From the NCBI RefSeq assembly GCF_964188315.1, contig NC_135657.1:372001-436000 (forward strand): a DNA stretch of 64,000 nucleotides. The letters run 5' to 3'. A program made the translations under genes and the position numbers. The notes beneath the pieces were generated by a model that saw only the letters and a list, made by a program, of their open reading frames with translations, ran no database searches and had not been told where the DNA came from. The first letter of the stretch is position 1, and each line of letters opens with the position of its first letter. Shown one piece after another: positions 1-9,539 of this stretch. Source of the DNA: Podarcis muralis (taxonomy: Eukaryota).

Positions 1-429
1 TGTTAATTGGTTCTCGTGGGAAACTTGCAGATTCTAGCTTCGCACAATTAACTCAGGCTGGTGTCAATTTACTCTTGGCAGAAAGCCCAGGTCTGCTTGA
101 CCTAGAAACTACTTACTCTGATTGGTTAACGACCAGCACTCAACTCTGTTATCAAGGGTTTGCTAGCTCAGTTTGAAGTGAGGTGTGTTAGGAGTAGAAG
201 TGCTGTGTATGGTTTTGAGAGAGAGAAAGAGAGGATTTATTTTGCTTTTATTTGTATGCAGAAACTCTGCTGGTTTTATTTTTCCTTTTAATAAATCCTG
301 TAAATAGTTATTCTGAGTCTAGCTGACTAGTCATTACCGCCGCAACTAGCTTCTTCGCTGTGCAGGAAAACTCTGCTACGTTTGGGCTAAAGCCAATAGG
401 GCTATGCCTGACACTTCAAAGTTCCATGA
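1..429 (+). repeat. 5' LTR of Ty1/copia element A (first ~11 bp lie upstream of the window)
   Basis: Matches 4226-4657 with 4 substitutions and 2 small indels. AATAAA at 290-295. Ends ...GTTCCATGA immediately before the PBS. Confidence 0.95.
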
Positions 430-453
430 GGTTATGGGCATTGTGCTGCCAGC
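430..453 (+). promoter_or_regulatory. Primer-binding site of copia A (internal half-tRNA-iMet type, apparently split)
   Basis: GGTTATGGGC (430-439) + ATTGTGCTG + CCAGC (449-453). The Drosophila-copia-type PBS GGTTATGGGCCCAG is complementary to the anticodon arm of initiator tRNA-Met. Confidence 0.75.
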
Positions 454-664
454 CTGAGTTGCGGTGGTGTCAGCATCAACAGCGTTGGTTCCAGTAGTTC
501 CAGAGGTTGTTGTTCCTGGCTGGTTCCTGACCGTGGTGAGCTGGTGACGCAGTGGACTCAAGGACAACAGCTGCAGCGTGTGAGTGCTGGGTGCTGTGGT
601 TCCTGTTCTCTCTCTCGGTGGTCGTGAGTAGCTGGTTCTGGGTTCCAGGGACATCGCTCTCAAG

Positions 665-3292
665 ATGGCCTCACAACCAGTTCAGATGGCTTTTGAGCAT
701 CTGAATGACTCCAATTACTTGCTGTGGTCGGAACGCATGCAGGCAGTGCTGCAGAGGGATCGTCTCTGGCAAGTGGTGAGTAAGTTTCCTGCGAAGCCTG
801 ATGATGAAGACCTCGATAAAGACCAAAGAGCAAGGGCCACAATTGTCTTGGGGCTGGAAGATTCCCAGTTGCCGTATGTGAGGGGAATCAAGACAGCTAG
901 AGGTGTGTGGCAAGCACTTAAAGAACTCCATGTGCGTGAGACAGCAGTTTCCAAGCTGTTCATTCGCAAGGCATTGTACAAGGCAATGTTACAGCCTGGG
1001 GTTACAATGCAGGAACACCTACACAGTTTACAGTTAAAGTTTGCAGCGCTACAGGAAAGAGACTGTGCGTTAGACCAGCAGGAGAAGGTGGCTATTATTT
1101 TGAGTTCTCTCCTGGAAAGCTGGGATAATTTAGTTTTGTCTCTAGAAGGCATGCAGGAGCATGATTTATCAGTCAGTTACGTTACTGGGCGTTTGATTGA
1201 AGAATGGCAGAAGAGGCAAGAAAGGTCGTTTGCTGCAGAGGCTTCTACAGGCGGGCGGTTTGGAAGGAGTTCTCATGCCGTGCCAGAGGTGAAGCAAGAG
1301 CAGCGTACCGGTGAGGAGTCAGCGTTTGCTGTTAGGCGTTGTTTCCGATGTGGGTCCTCAGCGCATCTAAAACGACAATGTCCGGAGTTGGTCAAGTCTC
1401 AGTTGCCGGTGCAGGAGCAGAGACGAGATCAGCAGCAGCAGCAGCATAAAAAGAAATTCTTCAAACGAAAACAGTCGGCTCAGCTGGTGACCGGCGAGGT
1501 CAAGATTGCTGATGAGAAACAAGTGGTCTGGGTGGTCGATTCGGGAGCATCTCGCCACATCGTAAATTCAGATGAATTGTTTGTTTCCAAGAACTCAGCA
1601 CAGCGCAGCCAGGTGGCTCTAGCAGACGGAAGTACTTCCGAAGTGATTTCGGGGGGTGCAGTTTTTGTTCCTTGTCTTCGTGAATGCCTGCAAAATGTAC
1701 TTTGTGTGCCGTCATTAAGGAGCAATCTGATGTCTGTAGATTGTTTGTTAAAAGCTGGGTTTAAAGTGTATTTTGAAGGAGACAGTTGCATTATTAAGAA
1801 GGCTGGTGAGATTTTAGGCACTGCTAAGTCAGAGGGAGGCTTGTTTTGGCTTAAAGCAGGATCTCAAGTTGCAGCAGTAGTCAGTAAATCTCAGCCTGCA
1901 GTGAATAACAAAGCTATACATGACAACTGTGTGCACTTATTGCATAGGAAAATGGGGCATGCTTGCTGGAAAAGTGTACTAAAAATGTCTGAATTGGCTG
2001 ATGGGGGTAATTTAAAGAGTTGTAACAAGTACCTTGATTGTAATGTGTGTAAAAAGGTTAAAACCCACAGAGTCTCTTACCCCAGAAGTGACAGAGTTAG
2101 TGAGTCACCGCTACAGCTGGTTCACATGGACGTAATTGGTCCATTTGCTGTAAGCAGGGGTGGATCGCGCTTTTCATTAACAATTGTGGATGACGCCACA
2201 CGTTATTCTTGGGTTTTTCCCATGAAGAATAAGGGTGATGTGTTCACTAAGTTTAAAGGCTGGGTGGCATCTGTGGAAAGATTTCTGTCCATTAAACTCA
2301 AAAGGATTCAGACGGACAGAGGTGGCGAATTTATGTCAAATGCCTTTAAAGATTGGTTACAAAAGCGTGGCATTGGACATAGAAAAACGAACGTTTTTTC
2401 CCCAGAGGAGAATGGCGTTGCAGAGCGAAAAAACAGATCTTTACAAGATATGATGTTTGCCATGCTTGACGATGCTGATTTGCCCATGTCTTATTGGGGG
2501 GAGAGCATGCTCACCGCGTGTTATCTCCAAAACAGGCTCTTTCATCAAACAATAGGTACAACCCCGTACTTTAAATTGTTTCAGAAAAAACCCAAAATTG
2601 ACCATTTGCATGTGTTTGGATCAAAAGCCTGGGTATTAATTCCAAAACAAATGAGGAAGAAGGGAGATCCTAAGACCAAACAGTTAGTGTTTGTGGGTTA
2701 CCAGGAGCTGGGAAAAGGTTTCCGTTTTGCTGAAGGGACAAATGGCATTGTGATCTCCAGGAATGCCAGTTTTTGTGAACATAGTGGCTGGGAGAGACTA
2801 CATGCCAATACTGAGGTTTGGTTTGAACCTTCCCAGGAGCTTCATGACTCTGAAGGTAGACACAGGGAGTCAGAGTCTGAGGGGGAGGAAAGTTCAGATA
2901 AGAGCTCTCAAGAAAGTGGAGTTAGCCAAAGACCAGTTGCTAAGCAACAAAAGAGAGGTCGTAGTTCTGAGGAGGAAAGTGGGTCAGAAGAAAAATTTTC
3001 TCCCAGAAGATCTAAAAGACAAAACAAAGGAGTGCCTCCGGTGCGTTTTTCTCCAGATACTGCAAATGTGTTTAGTGTAATTGCAGAACCCAAGAGTTTT
3101 CAGGATGTGTTAAAGTTACCAAAAGAGGAGGCAGAGCTCTGGAAACAGGCAATGGAGGAAGAGATGTCCTCTCTGAATGAGCACAAGGTTTTTACACCAG
3201 TAGCAGCGCCTGAGGGGGCAAAGATTGTAAGCTGCAGGTGGGTAAACAAACTAAAAGGTTTGCCAAACAATTGTCCAGTAAGTTCAAAGTGA
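665..3292 (+). CDS. Copia gag-pol polyprotein: gag, CCHC zinc knuckle, aspartic protease, GAG-pre-integrase, integrase, first ~50 aa of RT
   Basis: 875-aa ORF with NYLLWSERM (copia gag start), CFRCGSSAHLKRQC, VVDSGASRHI, LHRKMGH...CNVC, integrase D-D-E (DDATRYSW, DRGGEF, ENGVAERKN) and RT start EPKSF...WKQAMEEEMSSL...WV.KLK. Confidence 0.93.
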   Translation: MASQPVQMAFEHLNDSNYLLWSERMQAVLQRDRLWQVVSKFPAKPDDEDLDKDQRARATIVLGLEDSQLPYVRGIKTARGVWQALKELHVRETAVSKLFIRKALYKAMLQPGVTMQEHLHSLQLKFAALQERDCALDQQEKVAIILSSLLESWDNLVLSLEGMQEHDLSVSYVTGRLIEEWQKRQERSFAAEASTGGRFGRSSHAVPEVKQEQRTGEESAFAVRRCFRCGSSAHLKRQCPELVKSQLPVQEQRRDQQQQQHKKKFFKRKQSAQLVTGEVKIADEKQVVWVVDSGASRHIVNSDELFVSKNSAQRSQVALADGSTSEVISGGAVFVPCLRECLQNVLCVPSLRSNLMSVDCLLKAGFKVYFEGDSCIIKKAGEILGTAKSEGGLFWLKAGSQVAAVVSKSQPAVNNKAIHDNCVHLLHRKMGHACWKSVLKMSELADGGNLKSCNKYLDCNVCKKVKTHRVSYPRSDRVSESPLQLVHMDVIGPFAVSRGGSRFSLTIVDDATRYSWVFPMKNKGDVFTKFKGWVASVERFLSIKLKRIQTDRGGEFMSNAFKDWLQKRGIGHRKTNVFSPEENGVAERKNRSLQDMMFAMLDDADLPMSYWGESMLTACYLQNRLFHQTIGTTPYFKLFQKKPKIDHLHVFGSKAWVLIPKQMRKKGDPKTKQLVFVGYQELGKGFRFAEGTNGIVISRNASFCEHSGWERLHANTEVWFEPSQELHDSEGRHRESESEGEESSDKSSQESGVSQRPVAKQQKRGRSSEEESGSEEKFSPRRSKRQNKGVPPVRFSPDTANVFSVIAEPKSFQDVLKLPKEEAELWKQAMEEEMSSLNEHKVFTPVAAPEGAKIVSCRWVNKLKGLPNNCPVSSK

Positions 3293-4161
3293 AAGACTTA
3301 GGCCCGGTTAGGACATATCTAGGGTTGGAAGTGTGCTGGGCCCAAGATGGCAGCTGCTTAATTAGTCAGCAGAACAAAGTTAAACAACTACTGACTACAT
3401 ACAGGATGCAGGATTGCAAAGGGGCAGTGGTGCCTATGGATCCAGGTTTCATAAAAACACTTCATATAGATGAGAGTCCTGAATTTGAACATCCTGATGT
3501 ATATCACTCTGTAATTGGAAGTTTATTGTATCTAGCACAGTGGTCCAGACCTGACATTAGCTACGCAGTAGGCATATTAAGTAGATTGGTCTCAAAACCC
3601 ACACTAAATGCCTGGAAAGGGGTAAAACAAGTTCTGAGGTATCTCAAACAGACAATTGGCTATATGTTACAATTAAATTCTTCAGAGGATGAAATGTTGA
3701 GTTGCTACTGTGATAGTGACTGGGGAAATTTGCCGGATAGAAAATCTGTCACAGGACTAGTCATAATGGTCGGTGGAGCTTTAATCAGCTGGCAGTCACG
3801 CAAGCAAGACGTTGTAAGTGTGTCATCAACGGAATCAGAGTACGCCGCATTGAGTGAATTGTGCAACGAGGTGATTTATTTCAAGCATTTGTTAGCAGAT
3901 TTAAATGTAAATTGTGGAGAACCAGTACAAGTTTACATTGATAATCAAGCTTGTATAACATTAAGTAAAACAGAGGGTTTCAAATCGCGTTCCAAACATA
4001 TCTCTGTAAAATACCAAAATGTACGTTGCTGTGTACAAGACAATGTAATCACCTGTACTTATGTATCAAGTGAAGAAAATGTAGCAGATGTGTTAACTAA
4101 ACCATTGGCAAAGATAAAGAACAAGCGAATGTGCAAGGGTTTAGGTTTGCTGGAAAAATGA
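3259..4161 (+). pseudogene. C-terminal RT (thumb/connection) and RNase H of copia A, frameshifted by an internal deletion
   Basis: FKVKDLG..YLG, YHSVIGSLLYLAQWSRPDI, YCDSDW, RKSVTG, SSTESEY, DNQAC, KHI, ENVADVLTK. No ARLVA, QMDVKTAF, LYGLKQ or YVDD motif in either ORF. Confidence 0.9.
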
Positions 4162-4214
4162 TCTCCTACATAGGTGTATTTGATGTAAATTGTTCAGCAG
4201 AATCTGTGAGGGGG

Positions 4215-4657
4215 TGTTCAGTTTCTGTTAATTGGTTCTCGTGGGAAACTTGCAGATTCTAGCTTCGCACAATTAACTCAGGCTGGTGTCAATTTACTCT
4301 TGGCAGAAAGCCCAGGTCTGCTTGACCTAGAAACTACTTACTCTGATTGGTTAACGACCAGCACTCAACTCTGTTATCAAGGGATTGCTAGCTCAGTTTG
4401 AAGTGAGGTGTTGTTAGGAGTAGAAGTGCTGTGTATGGTTTTGAGAGAGAGAGAAAGAGAGGGTTTATTTTGCTTTGATTTGTATGCAGAAACTCTGCTG
4501 GTTTTATTTTTCCTTTTAATAAATCCTGTAAATAGTTATTCTGAGTCTAGCTGACTAGTCATTACCGCCGCAACTAGCTTCTTCGCTGTGCAGGAAAACT
4601 CTGCTACGTTTGGGCTAAAGCCAATAGGGCTATGCCTGACACTTAAAAGTTCCATGA
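4215..4657 (+). repeat. 3' LTR of copia A (443 bp, TG...GA termini)
   Basis: Follows the PPT. Identity with the 5' LTR ends at ...GTTCCATGA (4657). Confidence 0.95.
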
Positions 4658-5508
4658 CTTTTAACCGTGCCTTTGGAATTCTTCGCCCCCCCGACCTGCT
4701 CACCAGCGCTCCTTGAGGCTAAAACATCAGGAACAGGGGCTCCAGCCATCTTTAGGCTGCTCATTTCTTCTCCAGGGCTCTGGCCTCCTGCTGAAGTTTC
4801 ACGCAAACGTCTCAGCACATCCCCAGGCAGCCCTTGCTGTGTTTACGCCCTTGCTCAACTTCTTAGAGTGAGCCTTCCAAACGGAATGTCCTCCAAGACC
4901 TGGCTGCCTGCCATTGTCTTCCCGGGGCCCAAGCTTACTCACCAGCTTATCCAGCACCCGTTCTCAGCTGCTCTGAGCTCCGCAGCCACTCCTTGCCTCT
5001 TAGCAACAGGCAAAAAACTCCGAACGCTTCTCTGCTTCAAACCGCAAACTTCAAAGCGTTCCGGCAGCCTCAAGTGACAGTTTTACGATCGGTAATCAGG
5101 CTACCCATAACCTGTAGAATTGATTGATTAGCGTGACCTGCTAATTGATTTACGATCCACAATTAGCTCTTTATTGCCGTCCGGCGCGCTTCCCTCAGCT
5201 GCGCGATCTCAGCTCCGTCCTCGTCCAGTCACGCCTCAGCAGAGTGAACACAGCGGTGAAAACTGTCACTTAGCTTCGAGCTTCAGACAAACACACAAAG
5301 CCCGGTTTGTCTATAAACAGTCCTTTATTCTTCCGACATTCCCCAGAAAACTCCTGGACTCACCGCAGCCATGACAAACTGCGTCCTTCCCTCTCAAAAA
5401 ACCGAGAGGAAGAGAAAACTCCTCCCAGCTTCTAAAGCTGACGTCAGAATGCTGAGGCATCATGGGAACAACTTAACCTGTTAAGTTCCAAACCCCATAG
5501 GGGCTACA
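4658..5508 (-). mobile_element. Second Ty1/copia element B (5' LTR, PBS and leader), interrupted by element A
   Basis: 5113-5508 is bounded by TGTAG...CTACA inverted termini. On the minus strand the LTR end (TTCTACA) is directly followed by the copia-type PBS GGTTATGGG (5112-5104). Minus-strand AATAAA at 5175-5170 and 5329-5324. Confidence 0.75.
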
Positions 5509-5706
5509 CTGCCACCCAGCTCGTCGGACTAAGTGTCCGCGGGTCCCTGCGGAAGAAAATGAGCTCAGCCGGACAGGAGCAAACTGCAGAAGATCCAAGT
5601 TTATTGCGCAACAGGTTCAAGGCGAGATTGAACAGCGAGAAAGGGGGTGACATTAACTTTTGAAACTCCCTCCATGTCCCAGAATACAGTGCAAAATACA
5701 TCCCAG

Positions 5707-5875
5707 TTACATCATGAATACATTAAGGAAAGGTTGGGTTACACAGATTACATCATGAATACATTAAGGAGAGGTTGGGTTACACTGGATTAACATATGG
5801 AGGAGGGAGGGGGGAATATGCAGAGAGCTGGAGATATGGAGGAGGGAGGGGGGAATATGCAGAGCTGGAGATATG
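5707..5875. repeat. Two adjacent short tandem duplications (41-bp x2; 37-39-bp x2)
   Basis: TTACATCATGAATACATTAAGGA(A/G)AGGTTGGGTTACAC at 5707 and 5748. ATATGGAGGAGGGAGGGGGGAATATGCAGAG(AG)CTGGAG at 5795 and 5834. Confidence 0.9.
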
Positions 5876-7199
5876 CGCAGATAAGCACATCCTGAGAAGA
5901 CAATGGTCCATGTATGCGTAGTCTGTCACCTGGCATTGCCCGGAGGAAAGGTTTGGCAGAGTGATTTTGACAGGATTAGGGTCTTGACACCTTACTTGAG
6001 GCATTATGGAGGACAGGGGAGGGGTGATGGAGTCCTAGAGAAATTGAGCAAATATATTGTAGTGAAGAAGACATGCCCCCCCCCTTCCGTAACAGTGTCT
6101 TTACTTTTTGTCCAAGGGAGCCCTCAGATTTTTCCGGTAACAATATATAATTTTGTTCTTAATATCATGTTGTATGAGATCCTGAGCTTTTCGGAATAAG
6201 AAAGATTGCAAATTTGACTTATTTAATAAATAACTGTAAATACAGTTAAATGTAGTGCAAGTTCTAAGCCTGCTCTGCGTGCTGTGGTCGTCCCTGCCCC
6301 CCCCCCCCCCCGCCTTCCGTTCACCTCCCTGGCAAAATATGTTTATAAGGTGTTTTTGCAGAGCAGTACAGCAGGCTGGCTGTATTGATTCTGGTACCAT
6401 GTCAACTGTAGTATTAGTAGCTGCTCTTTAACTAGGACAATTTATTAAATAAAGAGATTTTTTTCCACATTAAATTCTGATTTGACCTGTAACCAGTTTC
6501 TGTTTCCTTGTATGCTGTATTCAAAGAAACCATGCTTGTGTATTTCTTTGTGGTAACTTCTGCATTTAGTGGATTTAATTTAATGGATCCCCAAGAGCTT
6601 ATTTATTGTCTCCAGCTCCTTCCTGACACAGGTGGGAGATGGTAATGAGTCCCTCTGAGAAGCGGCTTGGCTGAGTTGTTCCAGGAGGACAAAAAGGAAA
6701 CAGATCATTTTTCTTAGTCACAAAATTATTGTTGTCCACTTCTTTTTAAAGTATAGAGATTTGATTGAATGCCTCTCTTGGGGCTGAATCTTGTGACACA
6801 TTTTAAAAAAAACTGAGCTGGGAATCATTTCACATCTGCCTGCACACACAGGGAGGGGAAAACGTCTTGTCTGAATGGATGAGATGGAGATCTTGTTTGT
6901 GCCCACACAAAGTCTGAAGTTCCAAATTGATTTCATGGACCACGTAAATATATTACTCTTTATTTCATGCATCTTTTAAAAATCCATGTTTTTTTATGAA
7001 GGTGGTGGCGGAAGAAATCCAGAAAGCTGGGAGGCCTGCAGGGAAAGAAAACAAAACTGTAGAAGAGGGGCCCAGTCCTCTGTCCCTCCTCTGGCTCCAT
7101 CTAGTGACAAAGGGAAATGCAGAATGATGCATATTCAGGGTGCTGGGGGTTTGCGATTTACCCCCAAAGGAACTGCACTTACCAGAGTGGGCTACCAGG

Positions 7200-8110
7200 A
7201 TGCTCTGGAGGAGTCCTGGGAACTATAGTTTGTTCAGGGCACCAGAAGTTGTTTGGAGGCTGCTAGTTCTTCCCTGAACTACAATTCTCAGGACCATTTG
7301 GCAGAAATCGTGGGAACTATAGTTTATTTAGGACACCAAGGGCTGTTTCCCCCATTGAGCTACAGTTCCCAGAGTTATTTAGGAAGAGGAATGGGCTTTT
7401 AGACCTGTTTTGGGAACCGTAGTTCTGCGCAGGGTATCACAACCCTCAATGCCCTGAGCAAGCAATAGGCCCCAGCATGCTGGGAGCTGTAGCTTGCTCA
7501 GGATGTCCAAGTACAACTCCTAGAGTCCCCTTGGGAAAGGCTGCAGCGAATATTCTGCAAGGGGAATCAGGGTCCTCTCTCAATTACAGCTCCCAGGATC
7601 CTTTGGGGACGCCCAAGCCACGGGAGTTGTAGTTTTCTGCGAGCTCGACAGGCCCCCTCCCCGCCCCGCTGCTTCCGTGGAGCCTCCAGGGTCGGAGGCA
7701 GTCTATCTGACTGCTCTGGCCGCGGAGAGGACCAAGAGGGCGACTTAGCCGCCTAGATCTACGCCACGGGGGCTCCCATCCCGGAAGCGGAGTGAGGAGA
7801 GAGCGCAGCACTTGCGGAGGAGAGAGAGAGAGAGACGCCCGCCCTCCCTGCCTCTCCTAAGATGGCGCTCGTTCCGGCAGGGCGCCGTGCCCTCGTCCAA
7901 GATGGCGGCGGCGCCTTACCCGCCCTCTCCCGCCCACCGTGCCTCTCCTAAGATGGCGCCTTGGGGCCGAGAGAGCTCCGCCGCCTCCGCGCCTCTCCCC
8001 AAATGGCGCCCCTTCCGGGAGGGGACCTGCCCTCGTCCAAGGGACGAAGCCCCGCTGCTGCTCCGCCCGAGGCCGAGCCCCCCCCCCCTACTGGCGCGCC
8101 CATGATGCGG
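7200..8110. promoter_or_regulatory. CpG-island promoter with about 9 ACTACA-N2-TCCC-like motifs, an ETS site and 4 YY1 sites; target gene not identified
   Basis: Motif copies near 7216, 7278, 7309, 7358, 7411, 7481, 7509, 7583 and 7621. CCGGAAG at 7781. AAGATGGCG at 7859, 7899 and 7950; AAATGGCG at 8001. CpG-rich 7600-8110. Confidence 0.65.
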
Positions 8111-8124
8111 TGCAGGCGCGACAT

Positions 8125-9520
8125 TTCTCTTGTTATTAAAGATTTTCTTGGTTTACAAAAGTGCATGCCTTGTCTCTTTTTTCCAGGTTGTGCAGTCTTT
8201 CTTCCAGATCAGTTACATTTGTGGAGAGACACGAGTGTTGAATGCAGAACAAGTATAAGGTTGGGGAGGGCGAGGGGGGGGGAGGCTTATATAGTACATT
8301 CATTTGTTTAGTCTAAGTGTGGGGTTTTGTGTCAGCGTCTACTGGGTAGGTTCTCTTTGTATTTGTTTATTACATTTCCTTGGTAGTGAGAGGCGTTGGG
8401 GGGCAGGGTGGGGTTGGTTGTCTGCAGTGGGGGGGGGGGGGGGCTTGTTGGGTCAGGTAAGCCAGATTGATTCCTATGCTGTCAGTGGATTCTTCTTGTT
8501 GTCTTGTTGGGCTGTGTATGTGATAAAGATGAGCCATACTGGGGTGAAGGCGTCCTCTTCTATTTGTCCCCAGGTCAGTTTCAGTTTATTGGTTATCTTT
8601 TCTAGAAAAACCATTCCCCATACAATTTGATACCTTTGGTCCATGTTTACTCCTGACAGGTCCCTCCAGTGTCTGGCTACAAGGCTTATGGCTGTTGAGA
8701 GCAGGTAGGTTATAAGCTCTCTAGAATGTGAGCGGTCATTTCGATTTTGGAAGATGTTCCTTATGCCCAGTCCTGGGGTGAGTTCTAATACCTGTTAGTT
8801 TTTTTGCATATCTTTTGTAGAACTGCTATCCAGAAGGGTTGGATTTTAGGTTATTCCCACCCCATGTGGAGGTATGTGCCTGTGGAGGTGCAGTAGCTTC
8901 TCCAATAATAATTAATAATGATAATTTATTATTTCTACCCCGCCCGTCGGGCTGGGTTTCCCCAGCAACTCTGGGCGGCTTTCAACAGAACAGTAAAAAC
9001 AGAATAAAACTTCAAACATTAAAATCCTGGGCATATCAGCGCCAGTTTCCAGGGTGTTAAGTACCACCTGCAGGTGAGTTTCAGAGTGAGTTCTCTTCTT
9101 TTGGCTCATAGTGACCTAAAAGGAGGTTTAGGCCACATTCTAGTACATTGGGTGGGCTTAATTTCATAGCCTATGTCATCTTCCCATTGTTCTTTGATTG
9201 TGTCAAGGGGGTTTGTGGGATTTTGGAGCCATATATTGTATATTGTGGATACCATCCCTTCACTGTGTCCCTCTGCTGTCAGGAGGTCTTCGAAGATGGT
9301 CAAGGGCCTAGTGGCTACTGATTTTAGAGTTGGATTGTTTAAGAAGGCTGCAGGCACCACATTTGAATGGCAATGCCCATCAGCTAAGGGAGCAGCCCCC
9401 TCAAATATTTTATTGTTGGGGCCGAAGACCCCACAGCCCCTGGGAGTTGGCCCCTGTGTTGGCCACTGTGGGAAAAGGATGCTGTGAACTGCCCTGAGAT
9501 CCATAGGTGGAGGGCGGCTC
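8125..9520 (-). mobile_element. Degenerate L1/Tx1-clade LINE, 3' portion (ORF2 C-terminus and 3' UTR)
   Basis: Minus-strand translation gives GMVSTIYNIWL...IKEQWEDDIG and GTYLHMGWE*PKIQPFW (degenerate CCHC region), with stops and frameshifts. Confidence 0.75.
8908..9030 (-). mobile_element. L2-type LINE 3' tail inserted in the L1 fragment
   Basis: Reverse complement of the same tail seen at 27330-27420 (GCCCAGAGT...GGGGAAACCCAG...GGGGTA.AAATAATAAA) with an (AAT)-rich end. Confidence 0.6.
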
Positions 9521-9539
9521 ACATTTAATTGGTGGTGGT

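Larger units (their letters stand above)
1..4657 (+). mobile_element. Ty1/copia LTR retrotransposon A, two LTRs, non-autonomous (RT core deleted)
   Basis: Structure is LTR - PBS (GGTTATGGGC, 430-439) - gag/PR/IN/RT/RH in copia order - polypurine tract GAGGGGG (4208-4214) - 3' LTR starting TGTTCA at 4215. Confidence 0.95.

Noticed and set aside
376-663. 95-aa Thr-rich antisense ORF over the copia leader and LTR
   Set aside because: No recognisable domain, and it is explained by the repetitive GT-rich leader. No evidence of function.
6440-6560. Bidirectional poly(A)-like site and a possible exon near 6490-6560
   Set aside because: No translation frame matched ZNF512, GCKR or another known protein.
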